DNA of 64,000 nucleotides. Origin: an uncultured Verrucomicrobiae bacterium (GTDB lineage Bacteria; Verrucomicrobiota; Verrucomicrobiia; Chthoniobacterales; JAATET01). The number at the start of each line of letters is the position of its first letter. The stretch's first letter is position 1. The position numbers and the translations under genes were made by a program. Positions 31,059 to 40,262 of this stretch are shown in pieces. The notes under the pieces are model-generated. The model worked only from the letters and a program-made list of their open reading frames with translations. It was not told the origin of the DNA and made no database searches. Location: contig CAVRCI010000013.1 in assembly GCA_963719495.1 (NCBI GenBank), positions 544,001 to 608,000 of the forward strand, in the 5' to 3' direction.

Positions 31059-31169
31059 GGCAATCATGGCTTACGAATTGCCCGTCGCGACGCCCGACGT
31101 TTCCCTTGCGGTCGGCGACCGGTGACGCATATTCTCCCGGCCCCCGCACCGTCCACCGACGGACAACCC

Positions 31170-31241
31170 GCGCACTTAGCTCAGCGGTAGAGCGCTTGCT
31201 TCACACGCAAGATGTCACAGGTTCGATCCCTGTAGTGCGCA
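31170..31241 (+). tRNA. tRNA-Val (anticodon CAC), CCA not encoded
   Basis: Acceptor stem GCGCACT/AGTGCGC + A; D arm GCTC-AGCGGTA-GAGC; anticodon arm CTTGC-TT CAC AC-GCAAG; T arm ACAGG-TTCGATC-CCTGT. Confidence 0.97.
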
Positions 31242-31433
31242 TTCCCCCTCCGGCGGGTGTGATCGAAAGCGCGTCCTGATCGGAAGAAGAATCTCGTGAA
31301 CGCCACGAATGTCTGACCGAGGGGACGCCAGGAGGCCGGCGACGAGTCCGTGGGAGATCGCCACGGCCCAAGGCCTCGCAGCATCGGGTCCCCCGCCTCA
31401 TCCAGACGCCCCCCCCAATTCCGCCAGAGTCGA

Positions 31434-31467
31434 CCGATAAAACGTAACGGCCGTTACGTTTTATCGG
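31434..31467. repeat. Perfect 34-bp palindrome with no spacer
   Basis: ccgataaaacgtaacgg|ccgttacgttttatcgg. Confidence 0.9.
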
Positions 31468-31475
31468 GAGCGGAT

Positions 31476-31510
31476 TCATTCGTTCATTCGTTCGTTCGTT
31501 TGTTCGCTCG
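31476..31510. repeat. Degenerate TTCG microsatellite
   Basis: tcattcgttcattcgttcgttcgtttgttcgctcg. Confidence 0.7.
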
Positions 31511-31608
31511 CCACTCCCCGTCCGGGGACCCCCGGATCCGCGGCCTTCCGGCGGGCAAGCTCCGGCTCGCCAGCAGTAAAGCCCGGGCCCTTCCGAGGAC
31601 CTCGCCAT

Positions 31609-31662
31609 CAATCCATTACCTGTAAAATGTGACGGTTGTCACATTTTACAGGTAATGGATTG
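31609..31662. repeat. 25-bp perfect inverted repeat with a 4-nt centre; contains AAATGTGA-N6-TCACATTT
   Basis: caatccattacctgtaaaatgtgac-ggtt-gtcacattttacaggtaatggattg. Confidence 0.9.
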
Positions 31663-31913
31663 GTTGGGGCGCTCTGCCGCCAACTCCGAGGGTGCCCGGA
31701 GATTCGCTTCTCCACGCGGGTGGTATCATGGCCACCCAAGGGCGGCTTTACTCGCGGCTCGACGCGTGCTGGCTCGTTGATCCCAATCTTACTGGCACCT
31801 TTGGCTCAGCCTTGGACGCACTTTCAATCACACCCCCCTCCGGGGAGCCCCGTAAAACCCGTTCGCCGCAAGATCATTTTCGTGCCACGTTACGAAATCG
31901 TCACATTCCAGCC

Positions 31914-32429
31914 ATGACCACACTTTCCGCCGCTCCCACGCTTCACGTCTCCGAACCCCTCGTCACGCCGCTCGCCCGGCGCGTTCCCGCCTTCCGGATC
32001 GAATTCGCCAATCGTTTCGCTCTGCGCGGCCTCACGCCGAAGGGCGGCTACGAGGTCCGCTACAATCAGCAGCAGGACGAAATCCGACTCACCTTCCTGG
32101 GCCGAGGCGAGAATCCGCTCGAAAACATCGAACTCCTCGCCCGCGCTTCGGCGAAAAATTTCGACCCGGTTCAGCTCGTCGACGTGATCGCCAAAAACGA
32201 GGAGGAACTCCCGTGGATCCAAAAAACGACCGACCCGGAGAATGGCCGTCGCACCGTGACGGTCCTCCCCTTCGGCGGTGCCCCGGATGCGCCCCGCGTC
32301 CTGGTCAGCACGAGCGCCAGCACGGGCTTCGTCTCGCTGAACGTCGAGAACGCCCGCGACATGAGCCCCGCCGAAGCGCTCCTGGTCGCCGGAGCGATCG
32401 CCAAAGCCGCCAGTCTGGCGGCGGAGTAA
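31914..32429 (+). CDS. Hypothetical protein (171 aa)
   Basis: ATG start, genome-like GC3 bias and globular composition; no family recognised. Confidence 0.6.
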   Translation: MTTLSAAPTLHVSEPLVTPLARRVPAFRIEFANRFALRGLTPKGGYEVRYNQQQDEIRLTFLGRGENPLENIELLARASAKNFDPVQLVDVIAKNEEELPWIQKTTDPENGRRTVTVLPFGGAPDAPRVLVSTSASTGFVSLNVENARDMSPAEALLVAGAIAKAASLAAE

Positions 32430-32599
32430 TCCCGGATTCGGTCGAGGACCGGGTTGAGAGTATTTTCAAGTCAATTGGACGATCTGATCAATCGAGCGGG
32501 GGGAGGGCGTCTCGCCCTCCTGATCCAAACACGAGGACGAGACGTCCTCGCCCCGCTTTCGTCGGCTTTCGCCGAGGCCACGCGTGACTTTGCAAATGC

Positions 32600-33007
32600 T
32601 CAGCGCAGAACGCCGTCCTTTCGCACCGGCACCTCGATTCCCTCCCTCGCCGAGCCGGATGCAAGCACGCGTTTCGGACCCAGAATGTTCGAATACCAGA
32701 CTGCGTCGTAGATGGTGATTTGCGCGATGAGACGGTAGTCGCCCTCTGGCGTGATCAGCGATGCCTCGTAGGGGAGTCCGAAGGAGATTGGGAATGAGTC
32801 GCCGCTCGGTTTCGTTTCCTCGGCGATCGGGCGCGCCGCCGGACCCGCCGCCGCCGCGTCGACCAGGAGCAAGGTCAGTTTGGCCGAAGCGGGCAGAGTC
32901 AGCGGGGTGTCGGTCGTGACCGTCCCAGACAGAGTCGCCGCCGACCGGTCCGGTGCGGTGGCGCACCCGGTCAGAACCAAGGACAGGAGGACGAGACAGC
33001 GCTTCAT
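32600..33007 (-). CDS. YbaY/YscW-family lipoprotein
   Basis: Lipobox LVLTGC; LSGTV...LPASAKLTLLLVD...FPISFGLPY...YRLIAQI pattern. Confidence 0.8.
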   Translation of the reverse strand: MKRCLVLLSLVLTGCATAPDRSAATLSGTVTTDTPLTLPASAKLTLLLVDAAAAGPAARPIAEETKPSGDSFPISFGLPYEASLITPEGDYRLIAQITIYDAVWYSNILGPKRVLASGSAREGIEVPVRKDGVLR

Positions 33008-33065
33008 GTCCGCGGAGTAGGGACCCATCTTCGCCGGGCGTCGCGAGCGTCTCCGGACGAACTGG

Positions 33066-34073
33066 CTACCGTTTGACCTTCACCGGGATCACGTTCACCC
33101 GATACGAGAATTTCCGTTTTTTGCCGGTCGCTTGGTCGCGGACGTTCGTGACCTTGATCGTGAGTTTTCGCGGCTTGCGTCCGTTCACGTCGAGGTGGTT
33201 GCGGTTGTCGATTCGTTCGCTGAAGACGAAGAATTGCCGAAAGCGAAGTTTGGGTTCGAAGACCACGGCGGGACTCCCGAACCCGGGGGTGGTGTCGATC
33301 ACTTTGGTGCCCACCCGTTTTTTTCCGTCCCGGACGCTCACCTTCGCCTTGGAAAAATCCGCGCCATCCAACGAGAAGGAGAATCTCGGATGGACCAAGG
33401 TGTGCGGCACATTGCCGGGCGGCGGCCAGGCTACGAAATTATCGCGCGGCTGCCGGGAGCTCACCCGCGTGCGGTCGGGATGCACCCACAGCGCGTTCGC
33501 GCCGAAGACACCGCGCTGGTAGGCGTTGCCCGAGCCCATTTCGATGGATGCCGGGTAGAGAACCCAGCGGCGATGGCCGACCGATTTGTTGGTGTCGCCC
33601 GGGTCCTCGATGTAGCCCGCGATGGCGAGCGGGCCGGTGTAGCTGAGATAAAGATTCGACTTACCCGCCGCCTCAGCCCCGTCGGGCGTGTAGAATGCCC
33701 ACGTCGTCGGGGGCGAGTGGCTGAGCGCATTCTGTCCCGCCATCATCAACGCGGCGGCGGCGGCTTTCTGATTCCAATCTTCGCGGAATGTGACCGGCCC
33801 GACCCCCGCCATCGCTCGGTAAAAATTGACCGCTCGGAGGGTGGCAGCCTGGTAGCGGTTCGACGTCGGTCCCGCGATGCCGGCTTCGAGATTGCCCCGC
33901 CACTGCGGCTTGACCTTGGTCGTGCGGAGAAGCTGGCGGTAATTCTTGAGAACGGACGATTTGCTTTTGACGTTCAGCTTGCCCGCGTTCGCCGCCGGCA
34001 GCGGAAGCCCGAAAAAGCAAATGGCCGTGCTCAGGACCAATCCGGGGAAGAGAAACTTTGGTTTCGTTGTCAT
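33066..34073 (-). CDS. Secreted CAP/SCP-domain protein
   Basis: Signal peptide; VNFYRAMAGV, LSHSP, SNL and VGHRRWVLYP; very basic C-terminal beta region. Confidence 0.82.
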   Translation of the reverse strand: MTTKPKFLFPGLVLSTAICFFGLPLPAANAGKLNVKSKSSVLKNYRQLLRTTKVKPQWRGNLEAGIAGPTSNRYQAATLRAVNFYRAMAGVGPVTFREDWNQKAAAAALMMAGQNALSHSPPTTWAFYTPDGAEAAGKSNLYLSYTGPLAIAGYIEDPGDTNKSVGHRRWVLYPASIEMGSGNAYQRGVFGANALWVHPDRTRVSSRQPRDNFVAWPPPGNVPHTLVHPRFSFSLDGADFSKAKVSVRDGKKRVGTKVIDTTPGFGSPAVVFEPKLRFRQFFVFSERIDNRNHLDVNGRKPRKLTIKVTNVRDQATGKKRKFSYRVNVIPVKVKR

Positions 34074-34174
34074 TTCCGTGATGCTAGGCCGTATCATCAG
34101 GTATTGCAAATTGCTTTCGAACTTCGGCTCGGCGATCGCTGGAAAGTCGTCGGGTTTGCGGCTCTACTCACCGC

Positions 34175-36535
34175 GTGCCACCGCCGCCAAAAGACCCGAC
34201 GATCGAATTGACCGAAAAATCGCTCATGGGCATGGGCGGCTGGCAGATTTGGAAGCACGCCCGCGAGATCCACGAACTCGGCCGCGTCACGGAGGCGACC
34301 TACGAGCCGCCGCTGCTCAAGGGGCGGATCACGGAGGGCGGGAAGGAATTCCTGGCCGGATTGCGGTTCAACAACCGAATCGACGTCGACAACCTCTGCC
34401 CGTGCCGCGACTCCCGCGTCCGCGGCCTCATCTGCGCCCACTCGATCGCCGTCGGTCTACAGGTGATCAAACCCCGGACCGCCCGGTCCGCGGCCAAGAC
34501 TGAAGAGACAGCGCTCCGCTCATCCGCCACGGCGTCGACGACCGAGCGCCCCACCGTTCAGCTCACGATCGAAGGCTCGCTCCGCCACCTCGAGGCCAAC
34601 ATCTCCTTCCAATATGAGCGCCCCGGGGCCAGCAACCCCGCCGCCGAGGGCGCCGCGCTTGCGCGCCTCGTCGAGGCCGGCTTCAAGGAGGTGAAGGGCA
34701 AGGCCGTGATCCAGGGCGAGCCCGAGGCGATCCGTTTCTTTGCCGCGGAGCTGCCGAAGCTCAAGCAATCGTGGACCGTGACCGAGGGCGAACGGTTCCG
34801 GAACGTCACCAGTCAATTCGTCCGGATCGAACCCCACTTCGCGCTCCGCGAGGCCGCCGACGGGTTCCTCGATCTCCACGTTCACCACACCGCCGGCAGC
34901 GAAGCCGTCCTCTCGCAAGCCGACCTCACGCGGTTGCTGCGGGGCGGACAGAGCCACCTCAAACTCAAGAGCGGCCAGATCGCCGTGCCCGACGGAGCGC
35001 TCGCCGCCGACCTCGAAGCCATGCTCCGCGACTGCGACCCGCGGCAGCAGAAGGGCGGCTACCGGATCCCCGCCGTTCATCGTGGATTCGTCGAACGTTC
35101 GATCGCCGACTGGACCGATGCCGCCGCGCCCGACGCGAGCTCGACCGCCCAGCTCGGATCGCTGAAATCGCGCCTCCGGCCCTATCAGGTCGACGGGGCC
35201 CGCTGGCTCCTCGGTCAGGCGCAATCCGGCAGCGGTGCGCTCCTCGCCGACGAGATGGGCCTCGGCAAGACGATTCAGGCCCTCGCGATGATCGAGCAAC
35301 TCGACGGCCCCACGCTCGTCGTCTGTCCGTCGTCGCTGGTGTGGAATTGGAAGCGCGAAGCCCGGACTTTCCTGCCCGACCTGCCCGTGCTCTCGATCGA
35401 CGGCCCCGACCGCGCCCGCCGTTTCGCCGAGATTCCGCGCCACCGCCTCGTCGTCACGAGTTACGCGCTCCTGCGACGCGACCTCGAGCACTACCGCGGT
35501 ATCGATTTCGCCGCCGTCATCCTCGACGAGGCCCAGCACATCAAAAACCCCGACAGCCAGAACGCGAAGGCCGCCAACGCCCTCCCGGCCCGCAGCCGGT
35601 TCATCCTCACCGGCACACCGATCGAGAATGGCATCCGCGATCTCTGGTCGCTCTACGAATTTCTCCTCCCCGGCTACCTCGGCAGCCGCAAGGACTTCCA
35701 GGAACGCTACGAAAACCCGCTCCTCAACGGCGAACGCGGCGCGCTCTGGGCCCGGCTCCAACGCCGCATCCACCCGTTTCTCCTGCGCCGCCGGAAGTCC
35801 GAAATCCTTGATGACCTCCCCGACAAGATCGAACAAATCATCGAGGTCGAGCTCACCGACAAACAGAAAGCCGCCTACACCCAGCTCCAGCGCAGCGCCC
35901 GCGACCAGATCGACGCCCTGGCGAAGGATCAGGGTGGCGCGGCCCGCATGAAGGCGCTCACCGCGCTGCTCCGACTCCGCCAGGCCTGTTGCGACCTGCG
36001 TCTCCTCGGCGGCGAACTCCCCACCGAGCAATCGTCCGCCAAACTCACCGCCCTGCTCGAGCTCCTCGACGAGTCCATCGACGGCGGTCACCGGACGCTC
36101 GTATTCAGCCAGTTCACCGGCATGCTCGACCGCATCGGCACGGCCTTGGAGGAAAACGGCATCGCCTTCTGCCGCCTCGATGGGTCGACGAAAAATCGCG
36201 AGGCCGTCGTCGATCGTTTCCAGGAAAACGACGACATTCCCGTCTTCCTCATCAGCCTCAAAGCCGGCGGCGTCGGCCTCAACCTCACCGCCGCCGACAC
36301 GGTCATCCACTTCGACCCCTGGTGGAACCCGGCGGTCGAGGCGCAGGCCACCGACCGCGCCCACCGCATCGGCCAGCGCAACGTCGTCACCTCGATCAAA
36401 CTGATCGCCCGCGACACCGTCGAAGAGCGCGTCCTCGACCTCCAGCGCAAGAAGCGCGAACTCCTCGAAGGCACCGTCGACGCCGACGACGCGCTGGCGA
36501 ACTTCGCGCCGGAAGATCTGGCCGATCTGATCTGA
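34175..36535 (+). CDS. SNF2-family helicase with N-terminal SWIM zinc finger
   Basis: CPC..CAH; LRPYQ, LADEMGLGKT, DEAQHIKN, TGTPIEN, LKAGGVGLNLT and QATDRAHRIGQ. Confidence 0.95.
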   Translation: MPPPPKDPTIELTEKSLMGMGGWQIWKHAREIHELGRVTEATYEPPLLKGRITEGGKEFLAGLRFNNRIDVDNLCPCRDSRVRGLICAHSIAVGLQVIKPRTARSAAKTEETALRSSATASTTERPTVQLTIEGSLRHLEANISFQYERPGASNPAAEGAALARLVEAGFKEVKGKAVIQGEPEAIRFFAAELPKLKQSWTVTEGERFRNVTSQFVRIEPHFALREAADGFLDLHVHHTAGSEAVLSQADLTRLLRGGQSHLKLKSGQIAVPDGALAADLEAMLRDCDPRQQKGGYRIPAVHRGFVERSIADWTDAAAPDASSTAQLGSLKSRLRPYQVDGARWLLGQAQSGSGALLADEMGLGKTIQALAMIEQLDGPTLVVCPSSLVWNWKREARTFLPDLPVLSIDGPDRARRFAEIPRHRLVVTSYALLRRDLEHYRGIDFAAVILDEAQHIKNPDSQNAKAANALPARSRFILTGTPIENGIRDLWSLYEFLLPGYLGSRKDFQERYENPLLNGERGALWARLQRRIHPFLLRRRKSEILDDLPDKIEQIIEVELTDKQKAAYTQLQRSARDQIDALAKDQGGAARMKALTALLRLRQACCDLRLLGGELPTEQSSAKLTALLELLDESIDGGHRTLVFSQFTGMLDRIGTALEENGIAFCRLDGSTKNREAVVDRFQENDDIPVFLISLKAGGVGLNLTAADTVIHFDPWWNPAVEAQATDRAHRIGQRNVVTSIKLIARDTVEERVLDLQRKKRELLEGTVDADDALANFAPEDLADLI

Positions 36536-36538
36536 ACG

Positions 36539-36595
36539 TGGCATCGGCTTGCCTTCGGCGGTCTTCGCTTCGCTCCGGCTGGAAGCCGATGCCAG
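36539..36595. repeat. REP-like inverted pair (TGGCATCGGCTT...AAGCCGATGCCA)
   Basis: 12-bp inverted arms in the gap after the SNF2 gene. Confidence 0.55.
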
Positions 36596-36645
36596 CGCTG
36601 AGTTTTGCACCCACCCACCCGCCCCGCGGCGCGCGAAGTAGCGGC

Positions 36646-37530
36646 ATGACTGAAGAAGCCAAACTCATCGACCCCCGCGAGCGGTATCCCAAACCGCCCT
36701 ATCCCAAGCAGTCCCAGAAGCCGCCCGGCACCGACGCCGGGCTGAACCCGCGCGCCGACCACGGCGAGACGTCCTACTTCGGCAGCGGAAAAATGGCCGG
36801 CCTCACCGCGCTCGTCACCGGAGCCGACAGCGGCATCGGTCGGGCGATCGCGATCGCCTACGCCCGCGAAGGCGCGAACGTTCTCATCTCGTATCTGAGC
36901 GAGGACGCCGACGCCAAGGAAACGGCGAAATGGGTGCGCGAAGCGGGTTGCGACGCCGTCTGCGTGCCGGGCGACATCGCCGATCCCGAGCACTGCAAGG
37001 CGCTGGTCGCGCGGTGCGTCGAGGAATTCGACGGCCTCGATGTGCTGGTCAACAACGCGGCGCACCAGCGGACGATGGACGCGATCGAGGATTTCGACAC
37101 CGCGGAGTTCGAGCGCACCTTCCAGGTGAACGTTTTTGGGATGTTCAACCTCTGCAAAGCCGCGCTCGAGCACCTGCCGCCCGGCGGCACCATCATCAAC
37201 ACGGCCTCGATCCAGGCTCAGGACCCGAGCGGTCCGCTGCTCGCCTACGCGACCACGAAGGGCGCGATCATCACGTTCACCCGCGGCCTCGCCGACCTGG
37301 CCATCAAGCAGGGGGTGCGCGTGAACGCCGTCGCTCCGGGTCCGATCTGGACGCCCCTCATTCCAGCGACCATGCCGGCGGAGAAAGTCGAGAGTTTTGG
37401 AGACACCACGCCGATCGGCCGCGCCGGGCAACCCGCCGAGCTCGCGGCGGCCTACGTTTACCTCGCCACGAAGGATTCGAGTTACGTGACCGGCGAAGTG
37501 ATCGCGGTCACCGGTGGACGGTTGATGTAG
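36646..37530 (+). CDS. SDR family oxidoreductase (YghA/YhdF-like)
   Basis: DHGETSYFGSG, TGADSGIG, NNAA, YATTK and VAPGPIWTPLIP. Confidence 0.92.
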   Translation: MTEEAKLIDPRERYPKPPYPKQSQKPPGTDAGLNPRADHGETSYFGSGKMAGLTALVTGADSGIGRAIAIAYAREGANVLISYLSEDADAKETAKWVREAGCDAVCVPGDIADPEHCKALVARCVEEFDGLDVLVNNAAHQRTMDAIEDFDTAEFERTFQVNVFGMFNLCKAALEHLPPGGTIINTASIQAQDPSGPLLAYATTKGAIITFTRGLADLAIKQGVRVNAVAPGPIWTPLIPATMPAEKVESFGDTTPIGRAGQPAELAAAYVYLATKDSSYVTGEVIAVTGGRLM

Positions 37531-37558
37531 TCCGCCCCTTCGCCTACAACGCGGGGGA

Positions 37559-38650
37559 ATGCGATTCCTCCCCACCGCCACGCTCCTCATCCTCATGACC
37601 ACGATCGCCCAAGCCGCGCCCGAACGTTTTTTCATCGGCACCTACACGGAGGACGAGGGGAGCCGCGGGATCTACACCGGCACGCTCGATTCGGAAACCG
37701 GCACCCTGAGCCCGCTCGAACTCGCCGCCGAAGCGAAGAATCCGGGCTACCTCGCGCTGGCGCCGGACGGTCAGACGCTCTACGCCGCCAGCGAGGATGA
37801 GACGGCGATCGTGGTCGCGTTCTCGGTGGGGGAGGGCGGCAAGCTGACGCGGTTGAACGACCAACCCACGGGTGGGAAGGGTGCCTGCTTCGTTTCGGTG
37901 CAGCCGTCCGGCGGGCACGTCTTCGTCGCGAATTACGGCTCCGGCTCGATCGCCGCGTTTCCGGTCGACGCCGACGGGGCGCTCGGCGAGCGCTCCGGCT
38001 TCGCCGAGTTCGAGGGCAGCGGCCCGAACGAGAAGCGGCAGAAGGGGCCCCACGCGCACAGCATCTACCCGGTCGGCGACGATCGGGTCGTCGCCTGCGA
38101 TCTCGGGACGGATCACGTCTGGCGATTTCGGTTGGTGGACGGGGAATTTGTGCCGGAGCCGGCTGCGACCGTGAAGCCGGGCTCCGGTCCGCGCCACCTC
38201 GCCATGGCCGCCGACGGAAGCACGGCCTACGTCGTAGGCGAGATGGGGTTGGACGTCTCGACGTTCGCCGTCGATCCGGCGACGGGGGAATTCACGCCAC
38301 GTCACACGATCCCGACGCACCCGCAGCCGGTCGATGGCATCAAACTCGCCGCGATCAAGCTCGATCCCGCCGGAAAATTTGCGACGGTCTCCAGCCGCGG
38401 CGACGACGAATTGATCGTTTACCGGCTCACCGGCGACGCCGGCCTGGAGCGCGTCGAAGCCGTCCCCTCGGTCGTCGAAGCCCCGCGTGATTTCAGCTAC
38501 GATCCGTCGGGCCGGTGGCTGATCGCCGCCGGACAGGACGACGACCGGCTCGTCGTCTTCGAGGTCGACGCCGACAGCGGCAAGCTCACGCCGACCGAAG
38601 AATCCGCGACCCTCGGCAAACCGGTGTGCGTCGTTTTCGCGGGCGAGTGA
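37559..38650 (+). CDS. Lactonase family beta-propeller (6-phosphogluconolactonase-like)
   Basis: FIGTYT, NPGYLA, ANYGSGS, RQKGPHAHS, CDLGTD, GSGPRH and PRDF. Confidence 0.9.
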   Translation: MRFLPTATLLILMTTIAQAAPERFFIGTYTEDEGSRGIYTGTLDSETGTLSPLELAAEAKNPGYLALAPDGQTLYAASEDETAIVVAFSVGEGGKLTRLNDQPTGGKGACFVSVQPSGGHVFVANYGSGSIAAFPVDADGALGERSGFAEFEGSGPNEKRQKGPHAHSIYPVGDDRVVACDLGTDHVWRFRLVDGEFVPEPAATVKPGSGPRHLAMAADGSTAYVVGEMGLDVSTFAVDPATGEFTPRHTIPTHPQPVDGIKLAAIKLDPAGKFATVSSRGDDELIVYRLTGDAGLERVEAVPSVVEAPRDFSYDPSGRWLIAAGQDDDRLVVFEVDADSGKLTPTEESATLGKPVCVVFAGE

Positions 38651-38714
38651 CGGCGGGACGGCCCCACTCCGGAAATTTGCAATTCTCCCGACACCCGGCT
38701 ACTTTCCCGGCCTT

Positions 38715-39164
38715 ATGCAAATCCGCACCCTCGGCGTCATCCTACTCACCTTCATCCCAACTCTACTCATGGCCCAATCCGCACTCGAAAAAGGACAGGA
38801 ATATCTCGCCGAAAACGGCAAGCGTTCCGAAGTCACCACCACCGCCTCCGGCCTCCAATACGAGGTCCTCACCGAAGGCACCGGTAAAATGCCGAAGGCC
38901 ACCGACACCGTCGAGGTCAACTACCGCGGCACGACGATCGACGGCACGGAATTCGACAGTTCCTACAAGCGCGGCGAGTCGATCAGCTTCCCGCTCGACG
39001 GCGTGATCGCCGGCTGGACCGAGGGCGTGCAGCTCATGAAGGAAGGCGCCAAGTATCGTTTCTTCATCCCGTCCGAGCTCGCCTACGGCAAACGCGGAGC
39101 CGGTGGAGCCATCGGTCCCGACGAGACCCTCATCTTCGACGTCGAGCTGATCGAAGTGAAGTAA
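38715..39164 (+). CDS. FKBP-type peptidyl-prolyl isomerase
   Basis: SGLQYEVL, VNYRGT..G.EFDSS, VIAGWTEG, IPSELAYG and TLIFDVEL. Confidence 0.95.
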   Translation: MQIRTLGVILLTFIPTLLMAQSALEKGQEYLAENGKRSEVTTTASGLQYEVLTEGTGKMPKATDTVEVNYRGTTIDGTEFDSSYKRGESISFPLDGVIAGWTEGVQLMKEGAKYRFFIPSELAYGKRGAGGAIGPDETLIFDVELIEVK

Positions 39165-39910
39165 CCGACCGCATCCGCCCAAGCTTCGCCGACCGGGGTC
39201 CAATCCCCGGTCGCCGGATCGACCAGGGCCACCGTCTTCCACGGTGACCGCCGCCACGCCAACTCGAACCAGGCGTAGCGTTCCAAAAACGGCAGCCCCT
39301 CGAGCATCGGCACCACTTCCCGGACGAACGCCGCGTTCCGCTCCGCCGTCACCGGCGGGTCCGCGATCGCCAGCCAGCGCCCGGTCGAACCGGAGAACTC
39401 CGTCAGCCAAACCGGCCGCCGATATCGCTCCCAAGCATCCGTCAGAAATCCCCGCAACCCCGCGACGGCCCCCGGATCCGTCACGTCCCCATACCAATGG
39501 AGGCAGACGAAATCCACGCGCAGCCCGCGCTCGTCGGCCCCTTCCATGAACCGCTCGAGCCACGGGCGATCGGCCGCCGCCGGACTCCCGAGGCGCAACC
39601 CGGTCGCCTCCAACCGCGGCCACAGATCCAACGCCCGTTTGACGCTCAGGTTCGCCTGCGAACGCTTGTCCGGTTCGTTGAAGCCCAGCAGCACGCCGCT
39701 CCCCGCCCGCGTCGCCGCCGCCAAAGCCGCGTCCGTCGCGCCCGCCGCCCCCCAGATCATCGGCACGAACTCGGCCCCGAGCTCCGCCGCCACGACGGTC
39801 GGCGATTCCGTCCAATTGTAATACCATCCGCAACCCAGCGCATCGATCGCCCCGCCGAGCGACCCCAACCTCCCCGCGACGTGGGCCCAGCCGACCCCGG
39901 CGCGCTTCAA
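39083..39910 (-). CDS. Glycoside hydrolase, GH128-like (Glyco_hydro_cc)
   Basis: WYYNW, FVPMIWG, LGFNEPD, DFVCLHWY, PVWLTEF and LERYAWF. TTG start overlaps the MGMT stop; 3' end overlaps the FKBP gene. Confidence 0.85.
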   Translation of the reverse strand: MKRAGVGWAHVAGRLGSLGGAIDALGCGWYYNWTESPTVVAAELGAEFVPMIWGAAGATDAALAAATRAGSGVLLGFNEPDKRSQANLSVKRALDLWPRLEATGLRLGSPAAADRPWLERFMEGADERGLRVDFVCLHWYGDVTDPGAVAGLRGFLTDAWERYRRPVWLTEFSGSTGRWLAIADPPVTAERNAAFVREVVPMLEGLPFLERYAWFELAWRRSPWKTVALVDPATGDWTPVGEAWADAVGYFTSISSTSKMRVSSGPMAPPAPRLP

Positions 39911-40227
39911 GGCACCGCCGCCAGCATGGCCGCCGCCGACACCCGTCCGTCCAGATCGAACGCCACGCCCTCGGATTTCAGCAGCGCAATCTTCCGGTCG
40001 AGCGCCTCCCCCGCGCGGTCGCCGTTGAATCCGCCGAGTCCCCGGTCCGCCGCCACCACGCGATGACACGGCACATCCGGCGCGTAGGGATTCGCCCGCA
40101 GAGCTTGACCCACCGCCCGCGCCGCCCCGCAGCCGACCGCCTCCGCCACCGCCTTGTAGCTCACGACCCGTCCCGCCGGGATCGTCCGCGTCACCTCGTA
40201 AACTTTTTCTTGAAAGGCCGTGGGCAT
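39907..40227 (-). CDS. MGMT family (methylated-DNA-protein-cysteine methyltransferase) single-domain protein
   Basis: FQEKVY..IPAGRVVSY..ARAVGQAL..NP...VPCHRVV. Confidence 0.9.
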   Translation of the reverse strand: MPTAFQEKVYEVTRTIPAGRVVSYKAVAEAVGCGAARAVGQALRANPYAPDVPCHRVVAADRGLGGFNGDRAGEALDRKIALLKSEGVAFDLDGRVSAAAMLAAVP

Positions 40228-40262
40228 TCCCGAGGTTCCTCCCAGCGCCCACCCCATAGCAA

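Noticed and set aside
31242..32600. Intact prophage or ICE at tRNA-Val
   Set aside because: No integrase, structural or conjugation genes, and no second att copy noticed.
34175..36535. SNF2 helicase as part of a defence system (DISARM/Zorya-like)
   Set aside because: Stand-alone SWIM-SNF2 architecture with core-like codon usage and metabolic neighbours.
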